DNA of 64,000 nucleotides from Octopus vulgaris (Eukaryota), in assembly GCA_951406725.2 (NCBI GenBank), contig OX597817.1, positions 69,626,001 to 69,690,000 on the forward strand, in the 5' to 3' direction. Within the stretch, counting starts at the first letter, position 1. Every line of letters starts with the position of its first letter. The notes under the pieces were generated by a model. The model saw only the letters and a program-made list of their open reading frames with translations. It searched no databases and was not told the origin of the DNA. The position numbers and the translations under genes are program-made. Positions 41,546 through 56,440 of this stretch are shown here, piece after piece.

Positions 41546-43491
41546 AGTTGAGTTTTATATATATACATATGTATACTTATGTATGTATACATGTGTGTGA
41601 GTGTGAGTGTGCCTGTGTGTGTAAGTGTTTGTTTCATTAAATACACAACTGTGTTCAAGTCTTCTCTTTTATAGTTTATATTGTATATAGTTTCTTATCA
41701 GCTTCTTACTCCCTCACTCTACCCACTACCCACTGTCCTCCATTGCACTACTCTCTAACAAAAAGTTATAACCATGAAAGATGTTGTTTTGCTGTTGTTT
41801 TTGTTGTTTATCCTCAGGTCAACCCTAATTTAGTAGAGCAAAAAATTCTATCTAGGATCAAAGGTTATTTCAATTAAGATCATACCACTTTCTCTTATGG
41901 AATAAATATATCTCAGAAAGCACAATCCAATGTGCCCTTTTAATGAAAAAATAAAGTGTAGTGTGGGAGAGAAGGAGACTTGACTGCCATTTCTAGGTGG
42001 TTCAATGACCACCGAGAAAGTCCTTCATTGGCTCATAACCAACAAAGTTCATTAAATATGCATGGCCTCATTAACAATTTTAACTTCCTCCTTAATCATC
42101 AATATAATTTTAGTTCTGGTTCAGCTTGCAAGTGTTTTTAGATGTCAGATGCTATGCATTGAACCAGAAATAGTTATCAAAATTACCAATATATTCATTT
42201 GGACATTTAAAAGTCAGACACTATGCATTGAACCAAAAACAGCCTTCGAAATTACCCACATAAGCATTGGGACATTTAAAAGTCAGACAGCTAATTTGCA
42301 ACCTTAATTTCCTGAAAATAAGGCCAAATAATTAAGAATACTAATAGCACTTGAGGATTATGTTGGTATAATTGCAGAAAACTCCAAACTTTCCAATCTG
42401 AAAATTTTTCAAGATGATTTAAAAAAATTATTTTTTTTTTATTTCTGTGTGTGTGAAGGTAACAGATAAATGACAAATTTTATCATCAGAAAATATGAAA
42501 TAGTAAAAAAATTAGAAAGATTTGTAGCTGAAATCAATCCAGTTCACTGGGTCAATATTCATTATTTCCACTGGTTTTGTTTTAAAAAAAAATGAAAAAT
42601 TTTTGATACTTAAAAAATTATGTTAGTGAGAAGCAAACACAAAATACTAAAGAAACAAAGCTTATATTATTATATAATCTATCAAATTTTAATATTTTGT
42701 CTTTCAAATTTTTATTCCCCAACAAGGTAAAATAGAAAAATAAATAGAATATAAAAAGGCATCATCGCTACTTTTTATAATGATGTTGAAATTTGGTTCA
42801 GAACAGATAAAATTTAACCTTGTACTGCTGGCTAATCAAAATAAAAATTCTAATTCAAATTTTTTTTTCTGAAAATATTGAATTAGAAATTCATTAGTTT
42901 CAGTCCAAAACAGAAGGAGAATGAGTGTAGATAATGTTTTTAAAATATCTTTTAATCTTTTTTTCTGTTTTGTAAAATTTGATGTTTTATCAATTTTTAT
43001 TGTATTAGAATATCCTTGATACCAAACATCATATATTTGTTTTCATCCAAAGGTATAAAACGATAAGCCGTAAAAATTTTTATGGGGTTTCAAGCAAGGA
43101 ATATAATCCAAATTGAGATTAATAAAAATAATACAATAATAATCAGGGAAGTATAAAATATAAAATAACAAAGTGTCAGGTGCAAGTATGGTTGTGTGGT
43201 AACAAGTTTGCTTTTCATTGACATCGATCTGGGTTCAGTCCCACTCTTTGTCATTTTGGGCAAGTGTCTTCTACTATAGCCCCAAGCTAACCCAAACCTA
43301 GTGAGTGAATTTCATAAATGGAAACTAAAAGAAGCTCATCATACACACACACACACACACAAACATATATATATAATAGCAATAATTATAACAATATAGA
43401 ATATGGAGATTTGTTCGTCCTCAAAATTTATTTCCTTTTATTTTATAATTTCATACAGCATATATTTATAGTTATTATGACCTATATGCTT

Positions 43492-43789
43492 GTTCCTTCT
43501 CGAGCCATGCCTGGCTCATAAGGGCCAGTTTCCCAGTTTCCTTGGCATATAGGTTCCCCACCTGGATGGGACGCTGGTCCGTCGCATGTGAGCTGCAAGA
43601 TGCAGGAGGAAAGAGTGAGAGAAAGCTGTGGCGAAAGAGTCAGCAGAAGTTCGCCATTATCTTCTGCCAGAGCCTCGTGGAGCTGAGGTGTTTCGCTCAT
43701 AAACACACACATCGTCCAATCTAAGATTCGAACCTGTGATCCCTCGACCGGGAGTCCGCTGCTCTAACCACTAGGCCATGTCCCTCCAC
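43492..43789 (-). mobile_element. tRNA-derived SINE, family C
   Basis: Minus head tggcctagtggttagagcagcggactc..ggttcgaatc; flanked by ttatgacctatatg direct repeat (TSD); homologs at 55070-55519 and 60071-60363. Confidence 0.85.
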
Positions 43790-44445
43790 ATTATGACCTA
43801 TATGTGTTTCCACTGCACAGGATATAGACAGTTGTAGATGCAACCAGGCATAATTTTCTCTGCAGTTATGTTCCATAACCTGGAACCTAAATGAGAGTTA
43901 CAAAAGTATCTATATATCCCTCTAAACTAACATAATAATATATGTATGTATGTATGTATGTATGTATATATGTGTGCATGTATGTGTCTTTGCAAGTATT
44001 TTTGTGTTTGTCCCCTTCCACTGTTTAATGACTGGTATTGGATAGTTTATATCCCCTAAACCTAGCAGCTTGGCAAAAGAGACTGATAAAATAACACCAA
44101 GCCTAAAAAAATAATTACTAGAGTTGATTTTCAAGGCATTACTCAAGCATGGCTGCAGTTCAATGACTGAAACAATAAACAATAAAAACAGATATTCTTG
44201 GATAAGATATTGTTTTGAAAGATTTTGTATCTGTTATAAGGAAAGCAAAAAAAAAAAGAAAGAAAGAAAGAAAGAAAACAAAAAAGAAAGAAAAAACAGC
44301 AAAAATAGAAGTTTTTCACTTCAATCCTGGAGATATTTCCATCAACAGAACAATAGAATCGACCAAGAAAATGGTCTATGATTTTGAAATCAATTTTTAC
44401 TGAATTTAATTAAATATAGGCTAGGGTGTATTCTTTTGTTTTTAT

Positions 44446-44843
44446 TCTTTTATTTGTTTCAGTCATTTGACTGCGACCATGCTGGGGCACCACCTTTAGT
44501 CGAGCAAATCAACCCCAGGACTTATTCTTTGTAAGCCTAGTACTTATTCTATCGGTCTCTCTTGCCGAACTGCTAAGTGATGGGGACGTAAACACACCAG
44601 CATCGGTTGTCAAGCGATGTTGGGTTGACAAACAGAGACACACAAACACACACACAAACACACACACACACACATATATACGACAGGCTTCTTTCAGTTT
44701 CTGTCTACCAAATCCACTCACAAGGCTTTGGTCGGCCCAAAGCTATAGTAGAAGACACTTGCTCAAGGTGCCATGCAGTGGGACTGAGCCCGGAACCATG
44801 TGATTGGTAAGCAAGCTACTTAATATACAGCCACTTCTGCACC
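44446..44843 (-). mobile_element. tRNA-derived SINE, family A (full length)
   Basis: Reverse complement of the 9620 family. Confidence 0.88.
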
Positions 44844-45189
44844 TATAGGTAAGAACTTTGTATGGTTTAGCGTTCATTACTGTTCTGTGTACACTGTCTT
44901 CTATGACGGTTGAGAAATTGATCAATGACTTATGTGAGAAATTTAATGGCAAATAGAAAATGGGAGAAGCCCGTCTTATATGCAAACACATACACACACA
45001 CACATACCAGGCTGAGTCAAAGTTTTTTTTTGGATTTTCTTTGATGATATTTGGCAACTTGTATTTCCATGTTATATCATAAATTTGATACAATTTGTCG
45101 TCTAGTCATTGCTGAATGGTTTGTTTTTCTTTATTTCATATATTTCATATATAACATATGAACAATAACTTTCTATTCTCTATTTTACA

Positions 45190-45950
45190 GCTTTGATAAT
45201 GTGTGGTGAAAAAATTGCAACTAGAGCCATTTGAAGCTACCAGTGGAAAGAAAAAGGACTGAGCTCCAGGACAGTGGCAAAAGAAATTAACACTGGAAAA
45301 CATAGGAACTGTTAACAAATGTGTGGTACAATACTGTTTCAGATGTTTCAAGGAAGGTGACACCAGTCTTGAAGACAAATCAAGGTCAAGGAGACTTTCT
45401 GTTGTGGAAGATGAGTCTTACTTGAACAACCGTCAAGTACGAGCACAAGCTCATGTCCATTGTCAGCAGAACTTGGTCCTTCACAAAGCATCATCAATTG
45501 ACATGTACATAAGTTCAGTCTAGTGAACAGATGCTTTTGAGAAGTTCCTCATGAACTGACCCAATCGCAATAACGTGTGAACACCTGCAATCAACTACCA
45601 GCAAATCCTCAAGATGCCTGATTTTGGCATCAAATTATAATTGGGGATGAAAAATGGATCTGTTTTCGTAAACCTAATCAGAGAAGTCAGTAGCTTCATT
45701 TCAGTCAGGGTCCAAAAGCTGTTGACAGACAAGGGCAGTTTGAACAGAAGGTCAGGTAATGTGTTTGGAAGAATTTTGAAGGGATGATGTACTTTGAGCT
45801 TGTCCTAGATGGTCAGGCTGTGAATGCTAACCTTTATGTTTGACAACTGCAGCAAGTTATATGATGCTTTAAAATCCCACAATTCTACATTGGCTAATCA
45901 AAGATGCATGCTCCTACAGCGTGTAAAAGCTCCTTTTACAGATGCTTAAC
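45190..45950 (+). mobile_element. Degenerate mariner transposase pseudogene
   Basis: FKEGDTSLEDKSRS, EVPHELT, IIIGDEKWI and CVWKNFEGMMYFEL..VNANLY motifs with stops and frameshifts. Confidence 0.85.
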
Positions 45951-46590
45951 CTCTTTTCACTAGCTTTTGGAAACTCTTAAGGATCTCCTCACCAAATCGA
46001 CTCTGCCATATGAAGACTTCTCTCACCAGTTCATGTTCTCCTCATTACCTGAAGGCTCCTCACACTAACTCAATCCTCCATTCACTGACTCAAAAGTTTC
46101 CTCATTGGTCCAAGGATACTCTCTCTCTCTTCCTTCTAAACACTCTCCAAAGTAGTTTCAGGCTTCCTCACTGACTCTAAACTTCTCTCACAGGCTCAAC
46201 ATTCTCATCACTGGCTCAGACCACCACTTACCAATTCAACACTTCTATCCCTGGTTAAAGACCCCACTTCAGTATATCATAGTTCTCCTTATTCAATCAA
46301 CACTCCCTTTGTTATCTCAAAACTCTTCTCACATCCTGAAAGCTTCTCTCCCTAGCTCAAGTTCTCCCACACTGGGTCAAAACTCTCACAGGCTCAAGAT
46401 TCTTCTCACTGGCTAAAAGCTACCCTCACTAGCTCAGTAGTTCACCCTCACAGACTCAAAGCTACACACATTCTTTCAAAACATCTTTCACTAGCTCAAC
46501 ACTTACATTGCTGGCTTTTAAAAGTACCCCATACTAACTCAAGGGCTCCCTTTGCTGGATCAATATTTCCCTCACTGGATTTTAAAGACA
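45950..46590 (+). repeat. Degenerate ~20-bp minisatellite (core ctcactggctcaa)
   Basis: Recurrent variants ctcacaggctcaa, tcactggctcag, ctcactagctca and ttcactgactcaa. Confidence 0.6.
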
Positions 46591-46839
46591 ATCCTTGCTC
46601 ATTTGACACGTCTGATTCTAGTTTGCATGTCAATATGTTTTAATTGATAGTCTAAAAGACACAGGGATGTGTAATTGTAGATACAGGAGCAATTAAATGC
46701 TCAGGTTAGACCAGGCTGAATATCTAAAATCCAGTCTTGATACATAAAGGGCTGTATCTACTATCTATTGATAGTCGGTAATTGATTAAACCAGAAAAAG
46801 TATTTTTTAAAAACTTTTTGGTTAAGGTTATGTACTGAT

Positions 46840-46878
<39 letters not shown>

Positions 46879-46883
46879 ATTTA

Positions 46884-46916
<33 letters not shown>

Positions 46917-47199
46917 ATATTAAATACACACACACACAATATATATATATATATACATAAACACACACATTATTAATGGACATGAAACTGCATAGGTATG
47001 TGTGGGTGAATGTGAGAGTTTGTGTGTGCTTTAAAAATGTTGACAAATGTGTACAGAGAGATAAGTAAACAGAAAAACAAATAGATATGCATATATATGT
47101 GTATACATACATACACACACACACATATATATATATATATACATTATATATATATTATATATATATAAATATACACACATGCATAAGTAGACACACATG

Positions 47200-47233
<34 letters not shown>

Positions 47234-47465
47234 TATGTGTATATATCTGCACACACACACACACATATGTACATGTATGTATACGTATGCATACATGTAT
47301 ATGTATATGTATATACACATTTATGTATATATATATATACACATATTATATACATATATATATTTATATGCACACACACACATTCACATGCACACACACA
47401 CATATGTATACATATATATATTTTGAGTTTGTGTGGGTAGTTACAAATTGATAGATAAGTAAACT

Positions 47466-47502
<37 letters not shown>

Positions 47503-47972
47503 ATACATAGGCAGATAGATCATTAGTAAACATTGAAGCTGAACTGAGAATTGAGACATCTCAGCTTTCAAGAATTTCACCGCTCTTTAACTCTCTCTCT
47601 TTCTCTCTTTCCTAAAGCACATGCACACAAAAATACACACACATGTACACATATACACACGTCATTGTCATCATCATCATCATCATCATTTAACATCTGT
47701 TTTCCATACTGGCATGGGTTGGATGGTTTGACAGGAGCTGGTCAGCTGTAAAACTGGCCAGGCTCCATCCATGTCTCCTTTTAGGATGTTGTCAATGGCT
47801 GGATGCCCTTCCGAATGCCAACCACTTTACAGAGTATACTGGGTGCTTTTATGCAGTATTGGCATGGGTGCATTTATGTGACACCAGCACCTACAAGCTC
47901 ATAAGGTTAGAAATGCTCAACTGAAGAGGGATGCAGAGAACAGCCTTTATGCAAGAACAACTACACTTGTAT

Positions 47973-48174
<202 letters not shown>

Positions 48175-49080
48175 TTTAACATCTGTTTTCTATGCTAGCA
48201 TGGACGGTTCGACAGGGGTCTGGGAAGCCAGGAGGCTGCACCAGACTCCAGTCTGATCTGGCAGTGTTTCTACAGCTGGATGCCCTTCCTAACGCCAACC
48301 ACTCCATGAGTGTAGTGGGTGCTTTTTATGTGCCACCGGCACAGGGGCCAGAGGAGGCTAGCAAACAGCCTTGATCGGTTGGTGCTTTTACATGTCACCA
48401 ACACGGACACCAGTCAGGCGGTGCTGGCATCTGCCACGTTTGGATTCTGCTTTTTACGTATCTATAAATATATCATCACCATCATTTAATGTCTACATCT
48501 CCAAGCTTGCATGAGTCAGACACAGGGATGTGTATTGTAGATACAGGCAATTAATGCTCAGGTTAGACCAGGCTGAATATCTAAAATCCAGCTCGAAATA
48601 AAGGACTGTATCAATCAAACTAATGAAAATAAAATGAAATAAAAAATCGAATATTTCGTAAATGCTTTGATGCCATTAACAACTGCCTGTCCATTCTTTA
48701 TGTTATAGTGACCATCCATCTGTCTGCTAGCCTCCAACTTATTTCATCACTCTCTTTTTGCTGAACCACTATGTTACAAGAACATAAACAAACCAACACC
48801 AGTAGTCAAGCATTTGTGGGTGATAAGCATAAGCATAAAGACATGCACACATAGATACACTTCTTTCAATTTCTGTCTGCAAAATCCACTAACAAGGCTT
48901 TGGTTCTCCTGGGTCTATAGTAGAGGACATTTGTCTAAGGTGCAACACAGTTGAACTGAACCTGAGAAGTAAACTTCTTATAGCACAGCTGTCTGCACTT
49001 ATATACAGTGTGTGTATGTGTATATATATATATAAGTAAATAAATGGAGTTGAACGCAGGTGTTATTCAAACTCTTTTAT

Positions 49081-49164
49081 TTTCAACGTATGTTTCGAAG
49101 ATAACATTGGTTTTATTCCAAAGGAATAAATGGTGTAAAATAATGTAATCTTCTCATCAGGAAA
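49081..49164 (-). ncRNA. Type-I hammerhead ribozyme with extended stem II
   Basis: tttc-CTGATGA-gaagattacatt...aatgttatcttc-GAAA-catacg-TT-gaaa; same family as 22369-22866. Confidence 0.65.
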
Positions 49165-49784
49165 GAAAGAGAACCTATCTCAACAACAAGACATTATAAC
49201 AATTTCGATGACTGCATAAATGATAAACAGAATGCTATTAAGTATTTTTTAAAAAGCCATTAGTAGATCTGACGTCAAAGGCAGACCATAGGAAGAGAAG
49301 GGATAAAGAAATAATAAGTAGAGAACAATAAAGAGGGATATATTGGTTGAAAAAATATTCAAAGGCTTGGAAGTAGATTCCTCTATTGAAGTAAAGTGCA
49401 AGGTGAACTAAATGTTCAAACTATACAGACTGGTATAAATCACTTCTATGAGCTAAAGATATGTTTCTGTCAGTGCTTACATTACTCTACTAGCTACTTT
49501 GATATGAGAAAAATTTACACCCTTCAACATCAATAAACCACTATTGTTCCTGAAACTCATCTGTGGAAAAGAGTTGTGATCATTGGTGCCAAGCTGTAAC
49601 AGCATTTACCTTTCCTTTGGATGACATCAGTGGCATGGAGAGGGGAGGTTGGTATGCATGGGCAACTGCTGGTCTTTCATTAATAACCAGATTTGTGCCT
49701 CGGAGGATAACTTTCTTGATGCCATCGTATGGTCATTCATAACGGAAGGGTGTCTTTACTCTTTACCCATATATATAGATATAT

Positions 49785-51054
49785 ATGGTCAGCCCATAAA
49801 TTATCTGGGTTTTTTTTTATACTTCTTTTTTATTTATTAAAATTAAGATAAACAAAGCTCTTTTTTAATCTAAAATATACTCTCCTTCATTTTATTCAAT
49901 GCTCTTCCATCTATCTGGTAAACTTGCAAAATTCCCTTGTCTGTGACAAAAAATACTCCTCCAGTACTGTTCTGATCTTGTCTACAGAATTCATACTTTC
50001 CTGTCTAAATGATTTTGAAGATTGCAGAATAAATGATAATCAGATGGGGCAATGTCTGGCAAATATGGTGGGTGGGGCATCGTTTCCCATTCAAATTGCT
50101 CCAGCCTTTGGAATGTCATCCTCACTATATGTAGTTGAGCATTATCCTGATGAAGAACACCTTTCGTCTTGAAACCAAAGTTGTTTTTCTTCTAGCCCTG
50201 ACTTAAGCCACATAAGCTGCTCACAATAAACCCCTTTGTTATCGTTTGGTTTGGGTTTAAGAGTTCAAAGTGGACTAAACTTTTCATATCTCACCAAACA
50301 GATAACAACACCTTATGTGAGTGAAGACCTATAGCCCGGAGTGCTGGTGTTTCACTTTTCCCCACCCACTGCCTTTGATGCTTGACATTTTTATAGGGAA
50401 CCCATTTCTCATCACCAGTCACTATTTGGTCCAAAAAAGGTTCATTCATGAGGCGTGACAGCAAAGAAGAGCACACATTCACTCTTTGCACATAAATAGA
50501 CTCGAAAAGTTTGTGAGGAACCCATTGACCCAATTTGCTGACTTTTCCAATAGTACACAAGTGTCGATGAATGGTTGAACAACCAAATCCAAGCTTCTCT
50601 ACTAGTTCCTCAACAGTTATGATGTGATTTTGTTTCATCAGGGTATGCAGGACGTCCTTGTCGAACTCTACAGATCTTCCAAGGATGAGGCTCATCTTCT
50701 ACACTGTAGTTTCCAGCTCAGAATTTCTGGAACCACCGTTGACTCTGGCTTATACTTTTTGTCCAATCCCCATATACTGCATTAATATTCCTTGCACTTT
50801 CCATTGCGCTGTTGCCTTTATTGAACTTGTAAAGCAACATATACCAAATATTCTCCTTTGTCACTTCCATTATAGCTTTGAAAAAATAACTGTTAAAATC
50901 GAGCTGCACTCTTCAAAACTTGTACTAAGAGTAAGGACAAGGTAAAATTACTAGGTGCTTTTATAGCAACTTGATGCAGGTAGTTTATCCCACCCCACCT
51001 CACCTCTGACTTTTAGTTCATGCAATCGAAAAATCTGCATTAATTATGGGATAA

Positions 51055-51058
<4 letters not shown>
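49785..51058 (-). mobile_element. Full-length but inactivated mariner (DD34D) transposon
   Basis: ~1.27 kb between degenerate TIRs in TA tracts; ATG at 50870; motifs WVPHKL, IVTGDEKW, HQDNAQLH and PYLPDIAPSDYHL split by frameshifts and stops. Confidence 0.92.
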
Positions 51059-51153
<95 letters not shown>

Positions 51154-51706
51154 CACAGTTGTGTTTTTTATTGATAAACAAATCGATTACATCATGAAAA
51201 TGTTTGTTTCCTTCAGGTGAATAAAAATTTTAACACCATTCAGGAGTATGTCTGTATGTAATTTTACGCATACATCTATAGTTATATCAATGAGCAGTGG
51301 TGACTCTTCTACTCTAGGCATAAGGCCCGAAATTTTTGGAGAGGGGTCCAGTTGATTAGATCGACCCCAGTACACAACTGGCACTTAATTTATCGCTCCC
51401 AAAAGAATGAAAGGTACTGAAATTTCTAAAAATCTCACTACCCTATATATATTTTACGTATATGTTTTTAGCAATTTTTAAAAGATTAATTCGGCAGTTA
51501 TTCATTTGCTGTTGAATGAAGTTGCGCTTGCACGGTGAATTTGAAAAATTATTACTTATAACGAAGAGACATGTGTTAATCATCCCTTAATTATATGTTG
51601 GTATTATGGTGTGGTCACCAATGCAAACTTCGCCTAGCAAATTATTTTATTTGCTAAAAAAATTTAGAAACCATGTCTCACCGGAAGAAAATAGCAATGT
51701 ATACAT

Positions 51707-51742
<36 letters not shown>

Positions 51743-52231
51743 ATGTATATTGTAGATCTTTAGCTGGGCTAAAAAGTCACATTCGATCACAACACCAATA
51801 ACAGTTAAGCTTCGTGCACTGGCCATACTCGATAACAAGGGGGCAGCCATAATAATATATGTAAGTGATATAATAGCTTCAGTATTATTAGTAAAACTAT
51901 TAAAACTGAAAGTATTATCTAACATTGTAATAGAGGTGTTATTGTTTCATAAGGATATCAGGGAATCCACACAAATAAATACATACATACATCGTATAGT
52001 TATGTTTAGATCTTATAAACATTTTCTCTGTCTTATCTATATCCATGCCTAGATATTGTTAAGACAGGAAAATGGCAGAAGGATACAAGATATGATTAAA
52101 TACATTTATGTATGAAGAGTTCCAACACATAACCACACACAACCATAAGTATCCAAGCACACACACAGATGGACATGCATACACATACACACATAAATTC
52201 ACACACACAGGAACACAAGAACAAACAACAC

Positions 52232-52274
<43 letters not shown>

Positions 52275-53154
52275 ATACATACACAAGCTCCATGTGTACT
52301 CATGTACAAACATACAGGAACACATACACACATACAGGAACACATACACATATACAGGAACACATACATATACACAAAAATGCACACATGCAAGCATATA
52401 CACAGATGCTTTACCTATTAAAAAAAAACCCATCACACCACATGCACAAGCAGATATGCATGCAAACATGTTGGAATGCACTTAGATAAAAGACCATTTG
52501 CACATACACACACACACCTACCCTGTTCTTCCCTTCCCTCCCCATATAAAGAACTACACTCTACACCCGTAAGTCTTCAGTAGAATTGAAGTTAAACTGA
52601 CCTAGAACAAAAGGCCGAACCCTTAAAGGGGACATGGAAGGCTAGTAGCCCTCCCAAACTCCAAACCCCACAAACACACATACACGGAGTCACACAGGTG
52701 CACACACACAAAATTACACACAAGCACGCACATGTACAAACACACACACACACACATAAAAACTCTTCTTTTACTTTCACTCTTACCTCTTCTTCTAAGC
52801 AGACACAGATCTACACACAGATATACAAGCATGTATGCACACAGGCATAAGACCAGCTCTCACACAGAGGGAACTTTGCAGTCTTTGGAGAGAGAGGAAA
52901 AGTCAATTAGTTGCTGAAAAGGTTGCAAACAGTGACAAAAGACTAACTTTGACTAACAAGCAGCCAACTGATTGTTTAACCAGCACATTAAACAAACAAT
53001 TGATTAGTTATTTGGTTAATATTTAACCAATTGACTGACAACAAAGAAGTGGAACTGAACCCAAGCATTTATTATTAGTGTAATGACCATCTCAAGACAT
53101 AACAAATGAATTCACATCAAAAATCTTGCAAACCAAAGACAAAAGCAATGTGTA

Positions 53155-53212
<58 letters not shown>

Positions 53213-53308
53213 TATCTTTGTATGTATGTATGTGTGTATACTGCAGCAATATAACTACACACATGGTGCTGGCAATTTCTTTTCCTTCTTTGGACCTGTC
53301 CTTTTCTC

Positions 53309-53343
53309 CTCTCTGATGAAGAGCTTTGCTCAAAACCTCAAAA
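53309..53343 (+). ncRNA. Degenerate hammerhead-like motif
   Basis: CTGATGA-a-gagc-ttt-gctc-AAAA-cc-TC-aaa (GAAA decayed); element ends in (TA)n. Confidence 0.4.
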
Positions 53344-53429
53344 TTTTTCTTTTTACTAATACATTCTTTGTGCACATCTTCCAGCTGTCTCTTAATTTTA
53401 TTATTCGTGTATTTGAATTGATTGTATAT

Positions 53430-53473
<44 letters not shown>

Positions 53474-53495
53474 TGTACCATATGTTACACACACA

Positions 53496-53541
<46 letters not shown>

Positions 53542-53544
53542 ATA

Positions 53545-53662
53545 TATACAATATAATATAATATAATATAATATAATATAATATAATATAATATAATATA
53601 ATATAATATAATATAATACAATATAATATAATATAATATAATATAATATATAATATAATATA
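53545..53662 (+). repeat. (ATAAT)n pentanucleotide repeat
   Basis: Direct reading. Confidence 0.92.
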
Positions 53663-53874
53663 TAAAGGAAATGGAGAGTGTGAACACAGAAAAAAAATTA
53701 TTTATTTATTTATATAATAGTCAATTTCATGTCACCAACACACATTTCAATTTCTCACCTTCATTCATATTTTATGATTAAAATTGCATTATGAATCTAA
53801 AAGGTAAAAATCTTCTGGGTAAAATTGACATTTTATTTATAGCCAATAAACACATACACACACACACATTGTAT

Positions 53875-54270
53875 TCTTTTATTTTTTTTACTTGTTCCAG
53901 TCATTTTGACTGTAACCACCATTGTTTACTTGAAAAAATTGCCCTGGACTTATTGTTTGTAAGCCAGGTAGTTACTCTATCGGTTTCTTTTGCTGAACCG
54001 CTAAATTACGGGGACATAAACACACCAACATCGGTTGTCAAGCAATGGTGGAGGGACAAACATAGACTCAAACATACAAATATATACATATATACATATA
54101 TATATATATACAATAGGCTTCTTTCAGTTTCTGTCTACCAAATCCACTCACAAGGCTTTGGTCTGCCCAAGATACTTGAAGATACTTGCCCAAGGTGCCA
54201 CACAGTGGAACTGAACCTGGAATCATGTGGTTGGGAAGCAAGCTTCTTACCACACAGCCACACCTGCACC
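53875..54270 (-). mobile_element. tRNA-derived SINE, family A
   Basis: Reverse complement of the 9620 family. Confidence 0.82.
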
Positions 54271-55069
54271 TATATGTATATTTATTTAATTATTTTCTTG
54301 TTTCAGTCATTAGACTATACCCATATTGGAACATCACCTTAAAGAATTTTAACCAAATGAATTAACCTCATTTTTTTTTTAAGGCCTGGTACTTACTCTA
54401 TATTGTTTTTGCTGAACTGCAGAGTTATAACAGTCGTCCCCAAACTTTTTCAGGCTGCCGGCCCCACCCCCTTGACACCCAGGCCACATTCCTAGTGCCC
54501 TAACCCCAAGTAACCATCACAAACATAGACCTCTTTCTCAAATAAATTCAAAGCAACTGTATTTAAGAAATAAAATTTAACCTAAGGAACCCATTATTTT
54601 GTTGTATTTACATGAATCGCTACCCCATTATCACCCCACTTTTCTTCAACACCTACTTGGAACTTTCCAGTGGCCCCCGGGGGTGGGGGTGGGGGCAATA
54701 CTGCCCACTTTGGGAACCACTGGTTGTCAAGGAGACAAACATACATATAAAGACACACACACATATACACACACATGCTCATCTATATACAATTGGTGTC
54801 TTTCAGTTTCTGTCCACCAATTCCATTCACAAGGCTTTGATTGGCCCAAGGTTATAGTTGAAAACACTTTCCCACTGTGCAACACGGTGGAACTGAACCT
54901 GGAACCATGTGGTTGGGAAACAAACTTCTTAGCACACATCTATGTCTATATACATATATACATGCAAATGTAAATATTTATTTACATAGATATTTGTACA
55001 GATTTCCATGTACTCATATTGGAATACACACATATGCATATATATATATATATATATATTTTTTTTATG

Positions 55070-55265
55070 CGCCTTTTCAAGCCTAGCCAGGCTCATGGGC
55101 CCGGTTTCCAGGTTTCTATGGCGTATGTCCCCCCCCCCCCCAGCTGGACGGGATGCCAGCCCATCACAGCATTACTCAAGAAACAGAAAGAAAGGGTGAG
55201 AGAAAGTTGGGGCGAAAGAGTACAACAGGGGTCGCCACCACCCCCTGCCGGAGCCTCATAGAGCT

Positions 55266-55310
<45 letters not shown>

Positions 55311-55327
55311 CCTGTATGTGTACATAT

Positions 55328-55382
<55 letters not shown>

Positions 55383-55516
55383 AACACACACACACACACA
55401 CACGCATGTATGTAGGTGTTTTCACTCAATAAACACACACAAAGTCCTGTCTGGGAATCGAAACCGTGATCCTCCAACTGCGAGTTCGCTGCCCTAACCA
55501 CTGGGCCATTGCGTCT

Positions 55517-55519
<3 letters not shown>
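55070..55519 (-). mobile_element. SINE family C split by a ~145-bp TA/CA microsatellite
   Basis: gagctt|taggtgtttt is contiguous in the 60071 copy but separated here by ~55267-55411. Confidence 0.82.
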
Positions 55520-55604
<85 letters not shown>

Positions 55605-55987
55605 TATGTATTATATGTGTGCGTATGTGTTGCCTTGGTTAAACAGCTTTTTATGCAATCAAGCATTCTTAAATGAACAGTTAAACAATGCATAAAGGAA
55701 ACTTCAATAATACATCGACATAGATACATGAAACACTCATATATAAAAGAGATATACAGAAAAAAATCATAAGTGTAAAACACACATACAGGTAAACATA
55801 CAAATAACCCCCTCTCTTCTATTAACCTTCCTTTTCCTCACATTACAAAATGCACAGTGCATTCCTATATGCAACACGAAGCAATAAAAGAATGCAGTGT
55901 TCTTTATTGAAATTTCATCTTCATGGTTTGTGAGTTGAAAGAATTCATTTGAAGGTTAGGATGGGTGGCATATCTATTATAAAAAAA

Positions 55988-56087
55988 NNNNNNNNNNNNN
56001 NNNNNNNNNNNNNNNNNNNNNNNNNNNNNNNNNNNNNNNNNNNNNNNNNNNNNNNNNNNNNNNNNNNNNNNNNNNNNNNNNNNNNNN
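55988..56087. other. Assembly gap (100 N)
   Basis: Run of n. Confidence 0.99.
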
Positions 56088-56350
56088 AAAAGTAATCATA
56101 TTATCTGGTGCTTGATGTGGTATTATTGACATTTGAATAATTTGAAAACACACACACACACACACAAACATGTATATCATACATATATGTATATATTTAA
56201 TACATATATATTCATACATATATAAATGCATATACACATATATATATGGATATGAACAAATATATATAATATATATGTATGTATGTATATTCATAAATTT
56301 ATATATGCATATACATATATATATATATATATACACACACATCAACATCT

Positions 56351-56440
<90 letters not shown>

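Noticed and set aside
43715-43789. tRNA genes at SINE heads (also 9620, 41193, 60290)
   Set aside because: A/B-box-like heads continue into SINE bodies and lack a complete cloverleaf.
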